A stretch of 63,833 nucleotides of DNA, filler included, from Guillardia theta CCMP2712 (taxonomy: Eukaryota; Protista; Cryptophyta), in the NCBI RefSeq assembly GCF_000315625.1. It is 5 parts of 5 records of this genome, joined end to end, with 100 filler letters (N's around TTAATTAATTAA, not from the genome) between each part and the next. Parts side by side here need not be neighbours in the genome. Positions count along the whole stretch, not along the records: positions 1 to 31,894 come from NW_005434559.1; 4 more parts are not named here. One strand, given 5' to 3'. The notes below the pieces were generated by a model. It was not told where the DNA came from. It searched no databases and was given only the letters and a program-made list of their open reading frames with translations. This document shows positions 11,111 through 23,712 of the stretch, in pieces (positions within the stretch are counted from its first letter, which is position 1; each line of letters opens with the position of its first letter). Both the position numbers and the translations under genes were made by a program.

Positions 11111-13334
11111 ATGAAGATGTACTCTGGGCAAGATCTGGTCATGCCCAACAAGAGCATGAGGTCAGCTGTGAGGAGGACGAAGGCTGTCTTGTCTGCTGTT
11201 GTTGTCGGAGTAGCCATGACTGCTCTCATCACGTTGCTCTACTCCTCCGCGAAGGTGGGTCGGTACCTCTCCTCCGGCTCTTCTGACACTCAACAGGATG
11301 GTCTCTCGCAGAGCTTCATGCTCGACGAGACCTCGACAGACGCGTCAGGGAACGAGGTTTGAGCTCCATCCTTGCGCAGCAAGATCCTTTTACCGAGATG
11401 TGTGAGCAGGCTGCACCTGCCACCCAGGTGGTTGAGAAGGGCCGAGGACAAGGAGGGATGTGGGATGTGCCCCTCCCTCCCGTCGAGAAGAAGATTCTGC
11501 AGCCTCAGTTCGCTGCCAAGTATGGAGAAGCTGCTGCTGCTGCCTCTCAGAGGATGTTCAACCCTGTAAGCCAACCCTCCCCCTGCTCACTGTTCGCTTC
11601 CCCGTATTGATCCATGTGCAGGTCGCTACTGATAAGAATGGCGATCGGGTTTCGGAAGCAGATGCTCGGTCCATCAAGGCGCGATATGGTCTAGTGGTAC
11701 CTGGGAGCGAGGTAGATGACGTGTAACCGCTGTCACACACACTGACATGAGGTTGCAAGGATGTGTTCCACGACACCAAGAGCGAGGGCGACGCAACGGC
11801 TGAACCCAAGGTCTACACCGCAGAAGAGAGCGATGCTCAGACTGTAGAAGCCCCAACCTGGTTCTCTTCGTCCTCCTTCTTCCCCGTCAGTTCGGTCAGT
11901 TTGCAGCAACGAAATGCATTGCGAGTAATCGTGACCAAGCAGAAGGCTCCCCGATTCGTTGCTGTTCCTTCGCCGCTTCGGGTTGTTCCGCAGACCGTCG
12001 GTACATGCAGAGCTGTTTGTGAAGAGCTGTCGATGAGAGAGCACAGGTGTAGAGGGAGCCCAGATGCAGCCTGTGGCCATCAGGCAGCAGAGGATCGCAT
12101 ACCCTCAGTTCAACTACCAGACTTCCAGCAGCTTCTCCTCCCCACGTTTGCTTCCTGTGTCCTACTCCGGCCCGGTGGTCATGACGAAGCCTTACGGACC
12201 CGTGGTACGTCTCTTCTCTCGCTTGCTCTTCTCATGCAGAACCAGGTGGCAAGAGCTATCCCCAACCCCATGTCGTCGGTCTACAGATTTTCCTCCACCG
12301 GCCCGGCCTATGGAGTTTCCGCTCTTCCTTCTGGCGAGGGGCCCGTGGCTGTCCGTGGCATCAACGGGGTCGGTTCAGAATTCTACGTGGGCAACGGGCA
12401 GGTGAGAGCGCGACGGCTAGTGGTGGCAGTCAGTCAGTCACCCGCTGCAGGTTCGAGGGATAGGGCTCTATGGGGCCAGCGGCATCGCGAGTGGTCGAGG
12501 AGTCAACGCAGCTAAGGTATGAAGAAGCTTCAGCTGCTTGTGCTCACAGGGTGCAGGGACAAGCTGATGGGAAGCGACTCAACGTAGGTTCCGGGGAGGA
12601 AGCTGGTTTTGGACTGAGTGGCCAGGTGAAGGAGGTGGCAGATGCAGCTGCCTGATCTGATGTCACGATGGCAGGCGGGTACAGCAGCTGGGGATGGAAT
12701 CGTGGTGGAGGAAGGCATTGCTCAGGGAAGGGACATCACTGTTCGGCAAGGGACAGTGGCAGGCCAGGTGAGAAGAGGAGAAGAAGTGGGGAAATGCTCC
12801 TGATCCTCTTACAGGGCATCCTCATTGGCGACGACGGCACGGGGCATGGTGAGTTCATCGGATCGGGTAAGCGACTGAGACGAGGAGGACGAGGAGGCTG
12901 AGACTCTCAAAGGGACCGGGTCGGGGCGAGACCTCTCAGTGAGCAAGGGAACGGCTGTTGGCGCAGGAATCAGCGTGGCGGAAGGACAAGCGAGTGGTCA
13001 GACCCTGAGCGCGTGGTGGGTGAGATGTGTGACGTTGCGACAGGGAAAGGCATCACAGTGAACGATGGCGAGCTGCAAGGAAGAGACTTGAGCGCGAGGA
13101 AGGGGAGGTGAAGGAGGACTGGGAACCTTGTGCGACCTGACGAGGGTTGACAGCGGAGAGGGAATAGGCATCTCTGTGGACCATGGTACTGCTGAGGGAG
13201 TCGGAGTCAAGGTGGAGCAGGTGAGTTTGGAGGGAGAGAGAGCGCAGTGGTCAGTCTGCTGACTCAAGATTCAGGGGACGATCGCTGGGAATGGGATTTA
13301 CGTGCAGCACGGACAACTTGCACGATCTGTGTGA
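11111..13334 (+). CDS. Multi-exon membrane-anchored hypothetical protein with a C-terminal 12-residue Gly-rich repeat (G-x-x-x-G-x-[GD]-I-x-V-x-x)
   Basis: N-terminal TM segment AVLSAVVVGVAMTALITLLY. Spliced exons at 12330-13334 read GTAAGDGIVVEE GIAQGRDITVRQ GTVAGQGILIGDD ... GTAVGAGISVAE GQASGKGITVND ... GTAEGVGVKVEQ GTIAGNGIYVQH, stop TGA 13332-13334. That all exons belong to one gene is inferred. Confidence 0.6.
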
Positions 13335-13409
13335 GGGAGAAAATTAGTGGTAGTAAGCTGTATCTTTACTTGTGGTCATGTCATACATCAAGGTTGTTGT
13401 TCTTGTCGT

Positions 13410-14029
13410 TTACACGTATAGCTGTAGCTCCCCTGCCTCGTTTTGCTGTTCCAGAGAGTCAGAGGAGGAGAGAGTGGGGAAGGAACGCACCTGGACCCTG
13501 GAGGCTCCACCTGCCTCCTCCTTTGACCTGAGGCTGCTCTTTCTCCCCTTGGGCTCTTTCTTCTCCTTGTCTGCTGACTTCGTTCGAGCCTCCTCCTTTG
13601 CTTCCTTGTTCATATCCACGTGCACCACACGTCGCTCTGGGAACGGGTCCCTCGCTTCCCTGTGCGACGGGCCATCCAAGTCGATGATCTCAGTCGCATG
13701 CTGCATGTTCCTTCGCTTCCCCAGCACTGTCGACATGTCACCTCCTCCTCTCAGTCACTCGCACGTCACCTGAGTTGAGCATGGAGTAGGACGCTCTACC
13801 CCACGACCACTCGCTGGCCGGGTTAGCTGCGGTGACGTCAGACCGTGAGGCTGCCAGGAGCTCTTGCCTGCTGAGATCTCGTTGCGGAGTCTGCACCAGC
13901 AGTAGATGACACAGCCGACTGAGACGACGGAAGCTGCGGGCAGTCAGAGGGAGGAGGGGGTGGGGGTCCAACCTCACCGCAGCCTGCGATGGAAGCGATC
14001 ACGGGCAACAAGATGTCCCAGCTCAACAT
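13410..14029 (-). CDS. Small hypothetical protein (hydrophobic N-terminus, charged C-terminus), multi-exon
   Basis: MLSWDILLPVIASIAGCGE start and ORF 13410..13736, separated by GT-AG introns; no family recognised. Confidence 0.35.
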
Positions 14030-14796
14030 GGCTCAAGGGCTCCAAAGGTTGCGAGGATGAGGAGGGTGAAGACAGTTCATGAAGAATTCAAGAGAGATCC
14101 AAAACTGGCAAGAGTCAGAGTCACAGCTCCTCCCCTCCTCTTCTCGTCCTCCTCGTTCTCATCTTCCTTCCTGACCTCACCCACTTTGAACTTCAGGGAT
14201 CCTCACAACATGTCAAGCTTCTCTTCAATTCGCGTTCCCTTCATTTCCGTTTGCTGCTGCCCCTGCCTCTGTCTCTGCCCTGTCTCCTAGACAATTTCTG
14301 TCTCTGCCTCCCTCTCGGCCTGCAGCATCCAGCAGTAACTGTCCGATCAGTGTCCCTGTCCTCCTCTCCCTGTCCTCCTCTCCTCCTCTCTCCTCCTCTC
14401 TTCTTCTCCTCCTCCTCTCTCTCTCTCTCCCTCTCCTCTTTCGTCTCTGCCATTGTCTCTTGTCTTCGATTCGGCATCTCTTTATTAGGCCCGGGGGAGG
14501 GTAATGAGAGTCGAGGGTGGGGTCCGGGCCTTTGACTTTGCCAATGCGCATGTAGAATGACTAGAGAGACTCAGACGAGGAGGTGAAGGAGGAGGAGGAG
14601 GAGGAGGAGGAGGAGGAGGAGGAGGAGGAGGAGAGAGTTGTAGGAAGAGACGGATGAGAGTTCGATCTCACTGTCTTTTCGTTCTCTCAACTTCTTGTCT
14701 GGACACATTCAAGAGCGGCAGCTTTCCAGGTGAGCAGAGTTATCCTCGACTTGGGGATGGGCAGTAGAAGTCAGTCACCTCCCATGACTCTCGAAG

Positions 14797-15680
14797 CTAT
14801 ACGTGTAGATATTCAAATTTGTTCGAACATGAAGCGAGCAAGTTACAAGAGGAATGAGGAATGGTGTCAATGAATGCAAGGTACAAGTCATGGCTTGGAG
14901 GGGTCAAGTTGTCGCAGCCAGGCAGGAGGACGCGAGGGCCCGTCAGGCGTCAAGGCTCGCGACCTCATCGACTCAGTGGGTTTGGCATCCAGCAAGCTCC
15001 CTGCCCCGAGAACCTGCACCACCCGTCCTTAGCAGCGAGCTGGGTAGGGGTGAAGCCATCCATGTTGACGGGCCCTTTAGCGCCGTTGCAGTACATCTCC
15101 CAGAAGTCACAGCAGGGGAAGTAGTCAGCGAGGATGCGAAAGCCTGTCTGGTTGTTGGCGATGGGCCAGGTGGAGTTCGAGTCGGGAGCCACTCCTTCCT
15201 TCACGCTCGAGATCCCGACGCAATCGTCATCACTCACGCAGTTGGAGAAGAAGCTGCTCTGGTCGCAGATGACGCTCCGGCACGAGATAGCTTTGGGAAC
15301 AACGACAAAGCTTCCGTAGAAGTTGGCACAAGCCTTGAGCCACATCTGCTTGCACTCGTCTGCATTCAAGTTGCTGTCTAGACTCTGACCCTGCACGCGC
15401 GCGTCAGGAGCAGGAGCAGCCGCTTGACTCACCTTGAGGTAGCTCGCCAGCTCTGCCTGCGACGTGGCACATCGCTTCACATGAAAGTTTTTGGGTCGAG
15501 CTTGACCGCATTCCGAGGCATCGCTGTAGGTGTACGTCTCTTGAAAGCACTGAGTCCCTGCCCCCCTTCTCCTTCAGTCCCCTGCAGCTGCCAAGCCTTC
15601 TACCCCTCACCTGCAACGCAGACATCCGGACATAGCCCGCAGAGCACAACCAGCAACGCGAAGGCACGAAAGTACACCAT
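14797..15680 (-). CDS. Secreted cysteine-rich hypothetical protein
   Basis: Signal peptide MVYFRAFALLVVLCGLCPDVCVA followed by a GT donor; exons ETYTYSDASECGQARPKNFHVKRC and the Cys-rich ORF 14965..15391. 3' end approximate. Confidence 0.55.
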
Positions 15681-17135
15681 CCCGCAGCACAGGCGACAAC
15701 AAGACTATGAATGCAAGCAACCAGTTTGACGGTCTGTTGTCCCTACAGCCAGCACGGAGTGAGCAGTTGTTTGCATTGCTCATTCGTCTCTATCATTCCC
15801 TCCTTTACTTGGACGTCACATAATGTGAAAGAAGACTCTCTGGCTGTCTGGCTACATTGTCATGTTTCTGCTCTTCTCTGTCATCCCTCACACCTCATGC
15901 TCCTTTGCCAACCGCCTCTTTCAGCATGAATCATATCTTGTCTACGTCTCTTCATGACATACTCCCAGATCTGCATGTTCTGAATATTGTTAGTTTCTCA
16001 CTCTGACACCGGATCATACTATATGCTCATCGTTCCTTTTCGTCTCGCGCTACACTAGCGTCCCAGAGACTTGAATTTGAAACAGCGATCTGTCCCTCTA
16101 CCTCGTCTATTTTCCATCGATCTGTTCCTCATGTCTCTAAATTTCCTCTTCTTGTCTACATCCCTTGTTCTCTCTCCCTCCTCTCTCTCCCTCCTCTCCC
16201 CCCATCTCTCTCTCCCTCCTTCCCTCCCTCCCTCCTCTCTCTCCCTAGATGACACCCACCCCAGCCGACTCGGCCTGNNNNNNNNNNNNNNNNNNNNNNN
16301 NNNNNNNNNNNNNNNNNNNNNNNNNNNNNNNNNNNNNNNNNNNNNNNNNNNNNNNNNNNNNNNNNNNNNNNNNNNNNNNNNNNNNNNNNNNNNNNNNNNN
16401 NNNNNNNNNNNNNNNNNNNNNNNNNNNNNNNNNNNNNNNNNNNNNNNNNNNNNNNNNNNNNNNNNNNNNNNNNNNNNNNNNNNNNNNNNNNNNNNNNNNN
16501 NNNNNNNNNNNNNNNNNNNNNNNNNNNNNNNNNNNNNNNNNNNNNNNNNNNNNNNNNNNNNNNNNNNNNNNNNNNNNNNNNNNNNNNNNNNNNNNNNNNN
16601 NNNNNNNNNNNNNNNNNNNNNNNNNNNNNNNNNNNNNNNNNNNNNNNNNNNNNNNNNNNNNNNNNNNNNNNNNNNNNNNNNNNNNNNNNNNNNNNNNNNN
16701 NNNNNNNNNNNNNNNNNNNNNNNNNNNNNNNNNNNNNNNNNNNNNNNNNNNNNNNNNNNNNNNNNNNNNNNNNNNNNNNNNNNNNNNNNNNNNNNNNNNN
16801 NNNNNNNNNNNNNNNNNNNNNNNNNNNNNNNNNNNNNNNNNNNNNNNNNNNNNNNNNNNNNNNNNNNNNNNNNNNNNNNNNNNNNNNNNNNNNNNNNNNN
16901 NNNNNNNNNNNNNNNNNNNNNNNNNNNNNNNNNNNNNNNNNNNNNNNNNNNNNNNNNNNNNNNNNNNNNNNNNNNNNNNNNNNNNNNNNNNNNNNNNNNN
17001 NNNNNNNNNNNNNNNNNNNNNNNNNNNNNNNNNNNNNNNNNNNNNNNNNNNNNNNNNNNNNNNNNNNNNNNNNNNNNNNNNNNNNNNNNNNNNNNNNNNN
17101 NNNNNNNNNNNNNNNNNNNNNNNNNNNNNNNNNNA

Positions 17136-17290
17136 AGAAGCAGAAGGAGCAGAAGGAGCAGAAGGAGCAGAAGGAGCAGAAGGAGCAGGAGGAGCAGAAG
17201 GAGCAGAAGGAGCAGAAGGAGCAGAAGGAGCAGAAGGAGATCGAGCAGGAGCATCAAGAGCAGGAGCAGATAGAGCAGGAGCAGGAGGGA
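17136..17290. repeat. (GAAGGAGCA)n 9-bp repeat adjoining a gap
   Basis: Direct inspection. Confidence 0.9.
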
Positions 17291-17335
17291 GATGAGAACC
17301 GACGTGCACAGACATGAGCCAATTGCGAGGAGAGA

Positions 17336-17371
<36 letters not shown>

Positions 17372-17785
17372 AGACGGCGAGCGAGCGGGCAAGCAAGCAG
17401 TCAAATACTGAAGTATAGTCCAACCACATACGTGAAGTGTTTTGAAGAAGACAGCAATGCGACAGAAATATGCAGACAGATAGACAGACAGAAAGGAAGG
17501 GAGATGTGGCAGGGTGGAATAAGAAAAGGGACCAGAGGGGAAACGAGGGGTACGTGGGATGAGATGTAAGATCGAGGTGCGGCAGGGAGACTAGCACAAA
17601 GGGCGCCAGACAGAGAAGACGAGGATGATGGCGAGAAAGACGAGATTGACAAGAACAATGACGCAAGAGCATGAGACTCATGGAAAGAGCTTGTAAAGGC
17701 TGAGGATGAGGCAGGTGTTGTGAGTCGGAGGGAGGCGAATGATGACTTCCAGCTCTCTTGCAAGCGTGGTGATACTGTTGCAGGC

Positions 17786-20351
17786 ATGTCCGACGCCGAC
17801 TCAGACACTTCCACTGTTGTCTCCCTCCCCCCTGAGAAGCCCGAGCCAACGCCAGAGCAGCTCGCAAAATCGGAGGAGATCAAAGCACAAGCAAACAAGA
17901 AATTCCAAGAGAGTCACCTCAAGGAAGCTATCGACCTCTACACCGAAGCCATCGAGCTCAACCAGCGCAATCACGTTCTCTACGCAAACCGCGCCTTCTG
18001 CCATGTCAAACTTGAGAACTACGGTCTCCCCTTGCCCTCCTTCTCAGCTATGCCTTCCCGCTTGCCTCCTTCCTTCACATCATCTCCTTTCCCTCCGCTT
18101 GCTCCTCTTCGCCTATTCTTTCACTCTCATTCGCAACTGACGCATGTTGTGATCAGGAAGTGCCATCATCGACGCTACCGAGGCAATCACGTTGGATCCC
18201 ACGTACATCAAGGTGAGAGGGCAGCCTCTGAACGTAGCTGCAGCCTCTGATCTACTTGGAAGGGCTACTACAGGAGAGGAACGGCTTACCTCGCCCTTCA
18301 CAAACTGAAGCAGGCTAGAGCTGACTTCCGGTGTCTTCTCCTCCTCACCCCCTCCTTGACTTTTCTTTTGGCCTCAACTGCCGTCTTTCCATTTCCTCCC
18401 TCTCTATCTCTTTCACGACTGACCATCTGCTTGCAGAGAGGCCGTGAAAATTGAGCCGGCGAACAAAGACGCTCGCAGCAAGCTGAATGAGTGTGAGAAG
18501 GTGAGCGGTAGGAGTGGAGAGAAGATCGGGACTGAGTGTGAGGGCTCAGGCGATCCGGAAGGAGAAGTTCGAAGCAGCCATCGGGGTGGATCACGGGGCT
18601 CCAGCCACTCAGATTGACCCGGTGAGGGGAGGGGAAGCGGGAGACGCTGAGCGTGACGAGATCGCAGGACACGATCGAAGTCGAGTCGACGTACACGGGG
18701 CCCCGTCTTGAGGATGGGATAGTGACGGAGAAATTCATGGATGAGCTTCTTCTCTGGCTTAAGGTACCTCCCACCTCCCACCTTCCTCTGGTCCTTACCC
18801 ATCCTCTACCTGCTTGTGCTCCTCCTGCGAGTCTCGCTACTCCTCTCCCTGTCGTGCGCTGGCTAATCCACGTGTAGGCGGAAAAGAAGTTGCACAAGAA
18901 GTACGTCTATCAGATCCTGTACCAGGTGCTGCGGAGCAGTGGAAGGAGGACAGGTGGGGAGGAGCAGGCGACGAGCTGGTGACTCGTGCGACTTGTGGCA
19001 GGTTCGCAACATTCTCAAGCAAGAGAAGACAGTGGTGGATGTTCCTGTGGTTGCGGGAGAGAGCATCACAGTATGCGGCGACGTCCATGGACAGGTGGGA
19101 AGGAGGATGTTGGAAAGAGGAGGAAGAGGAGAAGGAACGAGATACGCAGAGAAGGCTTGGATGGGGGAGGAGGAGATGAAGGGATCGTGTGGGTCTGTGA
19201 CTTGGCTGCAGTACTACGACCTGCTGAACATCTTTGAGATGAACGGAAAACCCTCCAAGGCGAATCCCTACCTGTTCAACGGAGACTTTGTCGATCGGTC
19301 TCTTGCTTTGTCGCCCCTTCCTCCCATGCTCACCGTCCAGCAGCGGCTCCTTCGGGCTGGAGGTCGTGCTCGCCCTGTTTGGCTACAAGTGTCTACTGCC
19401 CAACCACATGCATCTCAACCGCGGCAATCATGAGAGCGTCAACATGAACAAGATCTATGGGTTTGAGGTAGTGGGGGGGGAGGAGGAGGCGGAGAGATAA
19501 ACTAATCAGAGGCTGCAGGGAGAGGTGGCAAGCAAATACAGCACGTAAGGAGGATGGGGAGAGAGTTTGATGGATCGAGGGGAGGGGAGGGAGGAGGAGC
19601 GGGGGGGGAGGAGAGCGGGGAGGGAGGAGGAGCGGGGAGGGGAGGAGTGTGATGGAGTGATGGGGTACGAGGACGNNNNNNNNNNNNNNNNNNNNNNNNN
19701 NNNNNNNNNNNNNNNNNNNNNNNNNNNNNNNNNNNNNNNNNNNNNNNNNNNNNNNNNNNNNNNNNNNNNNNNNNNNNNNNNNNNNNNNNNNNNNNNNNNN
19801 NNNNNNNNNNNNNNNNNNNNNNNNNNNNNNNNNNNNNNNNNNNNNNNNNNNNNNNNNNNNNNNNNNNNNNNNNNNNNNNNNNNNNNNNNNNNNNNNNNNN
19901 NNNNNNNNNNNNNNNNNNNNNNNNNNNNNNNNNNNNNNNNNNNNNNNNNNNNNNNNNNNNNNNNNNNNNNNNNNNNNNNNNNNNNNNNNNNNNNNNNNNN
20001 NNNNNNNNNNNNNNNNNNNNNNNNNNNNNNNNNNNNNNNNNNNNNNNNNNNNNNNNNNNNNNNNNNNNNNNNNNNNNNNNNNNNNNNNNNNNNNNNNNNN
20101 NNNNNNNNNNNNNNNNNNNNNNNNNNNNNNNNNNNNNNNNNNNNNNNNNNNNNNNNNNNNNNNNNNNNNNNNNNNNNNNNNNNNNNNNNNNNNNNNNNNN
20201 AGTTACTTCCTTCCTCCTCCTCCTCCTCCTCCTCCTCCTCCTCCTCCTCCTCCTCTCCCTCACTGTCGTTGCTCTGCAGGTACCGCATCCTCAGATTCGC
20301 CCTATGCAGTACTCAGGCTACGGAGGCTTCAACTTCATGAACTTCTTGTGA
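17786..20351 (+). CDS. PP5: Serine/threonine protein phosphatase 5 (TPR + PPP catalytic domain), multi-exon, interrupted by a gap
   Basis: TPRs (EAIDLYTEAIELN...LYANRAFCHVKLENYG, GYYRRGTAYLAL), PPP motifs VCGDVHGQYYDL, YLFNGDFVDRGS and LNRGNHES, and the PP5-type C-terminus VPHPQIRPMQY. Confidence 0.95.
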
Positions 20352-20564
20352 TTTTTGTCCCTCACTTGCACAGGTCCTCTAAACCTCCTCATCTCTCCGC
20401 CCTCCACCCTCTCCTCCCATACACCCTCTCTCCTCCTCCCTCTCCTCCCTCTCCTCCTTCTCCTCCTTCTCCCGCCTTCTCTCCATGCTCTCAAGTTTCC
20501 TCCAGATAGTTCCAACTCAACGTTCGGGTCAGAGATGTTTGCGATTTCTTCACTTGTACATCCT

Positions 20565-22849
20565 TCAGCACATATCCCCTTTGTTCGTCCCAAACTGCTT
20601 CGCCTCCTCATCGTTGATTGCTTCCGGCCGTCTTTGCGTCGCCGCTGCAGTGCGCACCCGATGCCTTTGCATTTCCCGTTCTCCTCCTCTCCCTCCCTCT
20701 CTCCCTCCCTTCCGTCTCTCTTGCTTCTCTCTTCTTCCCTTCCCTTTCTTCACTTGTCTGTCTGCGCGTCCAGGATGGCGTTGATGGTCTCGTCGTAGTT
20801 GAACTTGTTGGCTCGCAGCAGCGCCTTCACTTGTTCCTCTTCCATCTCCTGCATCCCCACCAGTCGCAGCTCAGCCATCAGCCCTTCCACCATGCATCGC
20901 TCCTCCTCCCCCTCCCCTCCTCCTCCTCCTCTTCCCTCTAGTTCACATCCTCCACCAGCTTCCGCCCTAGATACCTCTAACAGCTTATCGACTTGCTCCC
21001 GGTAGCTTGCCTCCTCCTCCTCCTTGAGCCGTGCGCTCTCCTCCAGTGCTCTTCGTAGCTCCTCCTCCTCCTCCATCCCTTCAGTGAACTTTCCCCCTGT
21101 TGTTGACGCTTCGATCGCCTGCTCTATCAGCTTCCGGTAGCTTGCCTCCTCCTCCTCCTTGAGTCGTGCGCTCTCCTCTAGCGCCCTTCGCAGCTCCCCC
21201 TCCCCCTCTTTCTCTTCCTCCATTGCGACCTCTGTCCCCTTTTCTTCCCTTCCCTCCACGGCTCTCGATACCTCCAACAGCTTATCGACTTGCTCCCGGT
21301 AGCTTGCCTCCTCCTCCTCCTTGAGCCGTGCGCTCTCCTCCAGTGCTCTTCGTAGCTCCTCCTCCTCCTCCATCCCTTCAGTGAACTTTCCCCTTGTTGT
21401 TGACGCTTCGATCGCCTGCTCTATCAGCTCCCGGTAGCTTGCCTCCTCCTCCTCCTTGAGTCTTGCGCTCTCCTCTAGCGCCCTGGCCAGCGCTTCCTCA
21501 TCTAGATTCAAATCTCCATGCTCGTTGAGAGAACATTTGGACTCAATCATGGCGCAGTAAAGTTCTAAGTCCAGCTCCTCCTCCTCCTCCTCTTCCTCCC
21601 TCTTCTTCGCCTCCTCCTTCACCTCAAAGACTGATGGGTCGAACACATTGGCTGCCTGCATCGCCTTCCACACGTGCTTGCTGTTCACTCTAGTCTTGGC
21701 TGCCTCCTCTTCCTCCTCCTCTCCTCTGCCGTATCCTCCCAGGGATCGGAGGAGGGCCTTGCTCGCTGTGATGGTCACCGGACTTCCATCAATGACGTGG
21801 CGAATGAGGAGCGCGTTTCTTGAGAGCTGCTGGTCCTCGTCGAAGAAAACCTCTGCATGCCTCTGCTTCAACTCCACGTGCCTCACTCGCCCTATGTGCG
21901 CGAAGTGATTGCGAATGGTGGAAGCATCAACCTGCAAGTTGCGCATAAGGCCAAGACAAGAGAAGCTGGGACGGAGGATGAGAAGTTAAGAATATGAGAG
22001 ATTGCGGACGAGAACAATCAACAAGAGTGAAGAGGACGAGGAAAATGGAGAAGGAGAAAAATGGAAAGAGGAGGAGGAGAGTGGAGGAGGGAGGAGTGGA
22101 GATGGCGATAGCTTTGACCTCGCTTGGTATTCCCTTCACTGAGATAAAATGTCTTCCATGCTCACGACTTGATTTCTTCTTTCCTTGTCTCAGCAGCTCA
22201 ACCTGCACAGACCATTTGAGTCCCTCCTCAACCTCCTTCTCTCCTCCTTGTCCACCTTGAACGGGAGCTTGTCTTGCTCCACAGCTCTCTTCGCCGAAAG
22301 AGTATCGGCAAAGACGAGCATAGCTTCGCTCTCGTCCATCTTTCCCGGCGTGTTCTGCACCTGGGACCTGACGATCAGCACCAGGCAGGCGTCTGACTTT
22401 CCTCCCGTCACCTTGCAGTCTTCCACCTCCCCGTACGCGCTGAACAAAGCCGACAAGGCCGTCGAGTCCACTCCTTCTTCCAGCCCCCTGCACAGCAGCA
22501 CACGAGAGGACATGTTGCTGTCCATTCCTTGTTCCTCCTGTTGCCTGGCCTTGCAGTCGGCGTACTTTCTCACTGAGCTCTTGCCTCCTTCTCGGATGCA
22601 GCCGACGATCGCTTTGCAGCAAAGCTCCCCAGACTCCAGATGAATGTTGGGGCATGGGACAGGAGGAGCGTCGTTATACGGCATGAAAGCTTCCAGCCAT
22701 TTCCTCTGCTTCACTGTCGTTCTCTTCACGACACAAGACCAGTGGCAGACAATGTTGCCGCAACGAGAGCATCGCAGCCATGCCAGCTCCTCAAGTCGTT
22801 TGTCACATGGTTTGAAGCACATCGCACATTCCACATGTCGAGCCTGCAT
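20565..22849 (-). CDS. Zn-finger + two RRM-like domains + tandem UIM-like repeats + UBA/CUE-like domain protein
   Basis: CAMCFKPC...CSRCGNIVCHWSC; RRM-like RVLLCRGL...LSALFSAYGEVEDCKV and IRNHFAHIGRVRHVEL; repeated EEEELRRALEESAR; C-terminal EEQVKALLRANKFNYDETINAIL. Confidence 0.7.
20970..21482. repeat. Intragenic duplication (~215 bp, 297-bp offset) expanding the UIM-like repeats
   Basis: 20970-21185 is nearly identical to 21267-21482. Confidence 0.9.
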
Positions 22850-22914
22850 CCTCAGCCTTTCTTCTCTCTCCTGCTACTCCTCCCCTCCCCTCCCTCCCGC
22901 CTCCTCACCTCATC

Positions 22915-23095
22915 CTGCGCGGCTTCGCGCTTGGGCTGGCGCTGCCGCGTCTGGGTGCCAGCAGTGCTGGTTCTTTTCGGGCTTGTGTTTTGTGAGTGAT
23001 TGTGCAGCTTCTCGCTGTGGACTGTGTACCTGCCGGTTCAGCTTGTTCCTGCTTTGTTTTGCTTGAGGCACTTTTTATCTTCTGCCAGTAAATCC
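22915..23095 (+). mobile_element. 5'-truncated 3'-end fragment of the CRE-like non-LTR retrotransposon family
   Basis: Near-identical to the 3' terminal segment at ~30040-30218, ending ...CTTCTGCCAGTAAATCC. Confidence 0.75.
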
Positions 23096-23712
23096 CGTCT
23101 CCGCTCCTACGCATACCCTCACTCCTTTGGCCCAAATTCCCGCTGACCGGCGGGCCCGGTTGGAGAACATGAGTAAAGATTTCGAATTTCAAGTCGTTTT
23201 CAAATTTCGCTCTTTTTTTCAATATTTTTTGAAATCGTGGTTAGAAATAAAGTCAATATGCCCAAAAGTTCAAATCAGCTTCGTTGCAATATGTACCCCT
23301 ACCCACTCTATAACACAAAAGTACCCCCACTGATTAGCATGGGGTCATTGTACCCCACCCCTCATAAGAGGTTCTTGTACCCTCCATTGTTTCGTAGTTT
23401 CAGTTGCCCTGCTCATCCAAAATGCCACCCATGGCGTTGTCGACGATGGGAGCGACATCAGCCATCAGCACAACCCCGACCAAGGTCCCTCCTTCTCGTT
23501 CCTGATGATCCCTCTGCCTCCTCCCTCCCCTCCTCCTCTCATCCTCCCTCCTTCTGCCCTTCTGCACCTGTATTGACCAAAGTTTGTCTTGATTCCTTGC
23601 ATGGTGTTCTGCATATCGTACTTCCTCAATTTGCATGTAAATCGCTTCGTTAGACTCTTGTTGGCTCGAACTTTCCTGCGTGATCTGTCTCTGGTTCTCA
23701 TGAAAGCGACAG

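Noticed and set aside
16055-17867. Long ORFs spanning N gaps (also 19502-20340, 33282-34162)
   Set aside because: Open only because N codons contain no stops.
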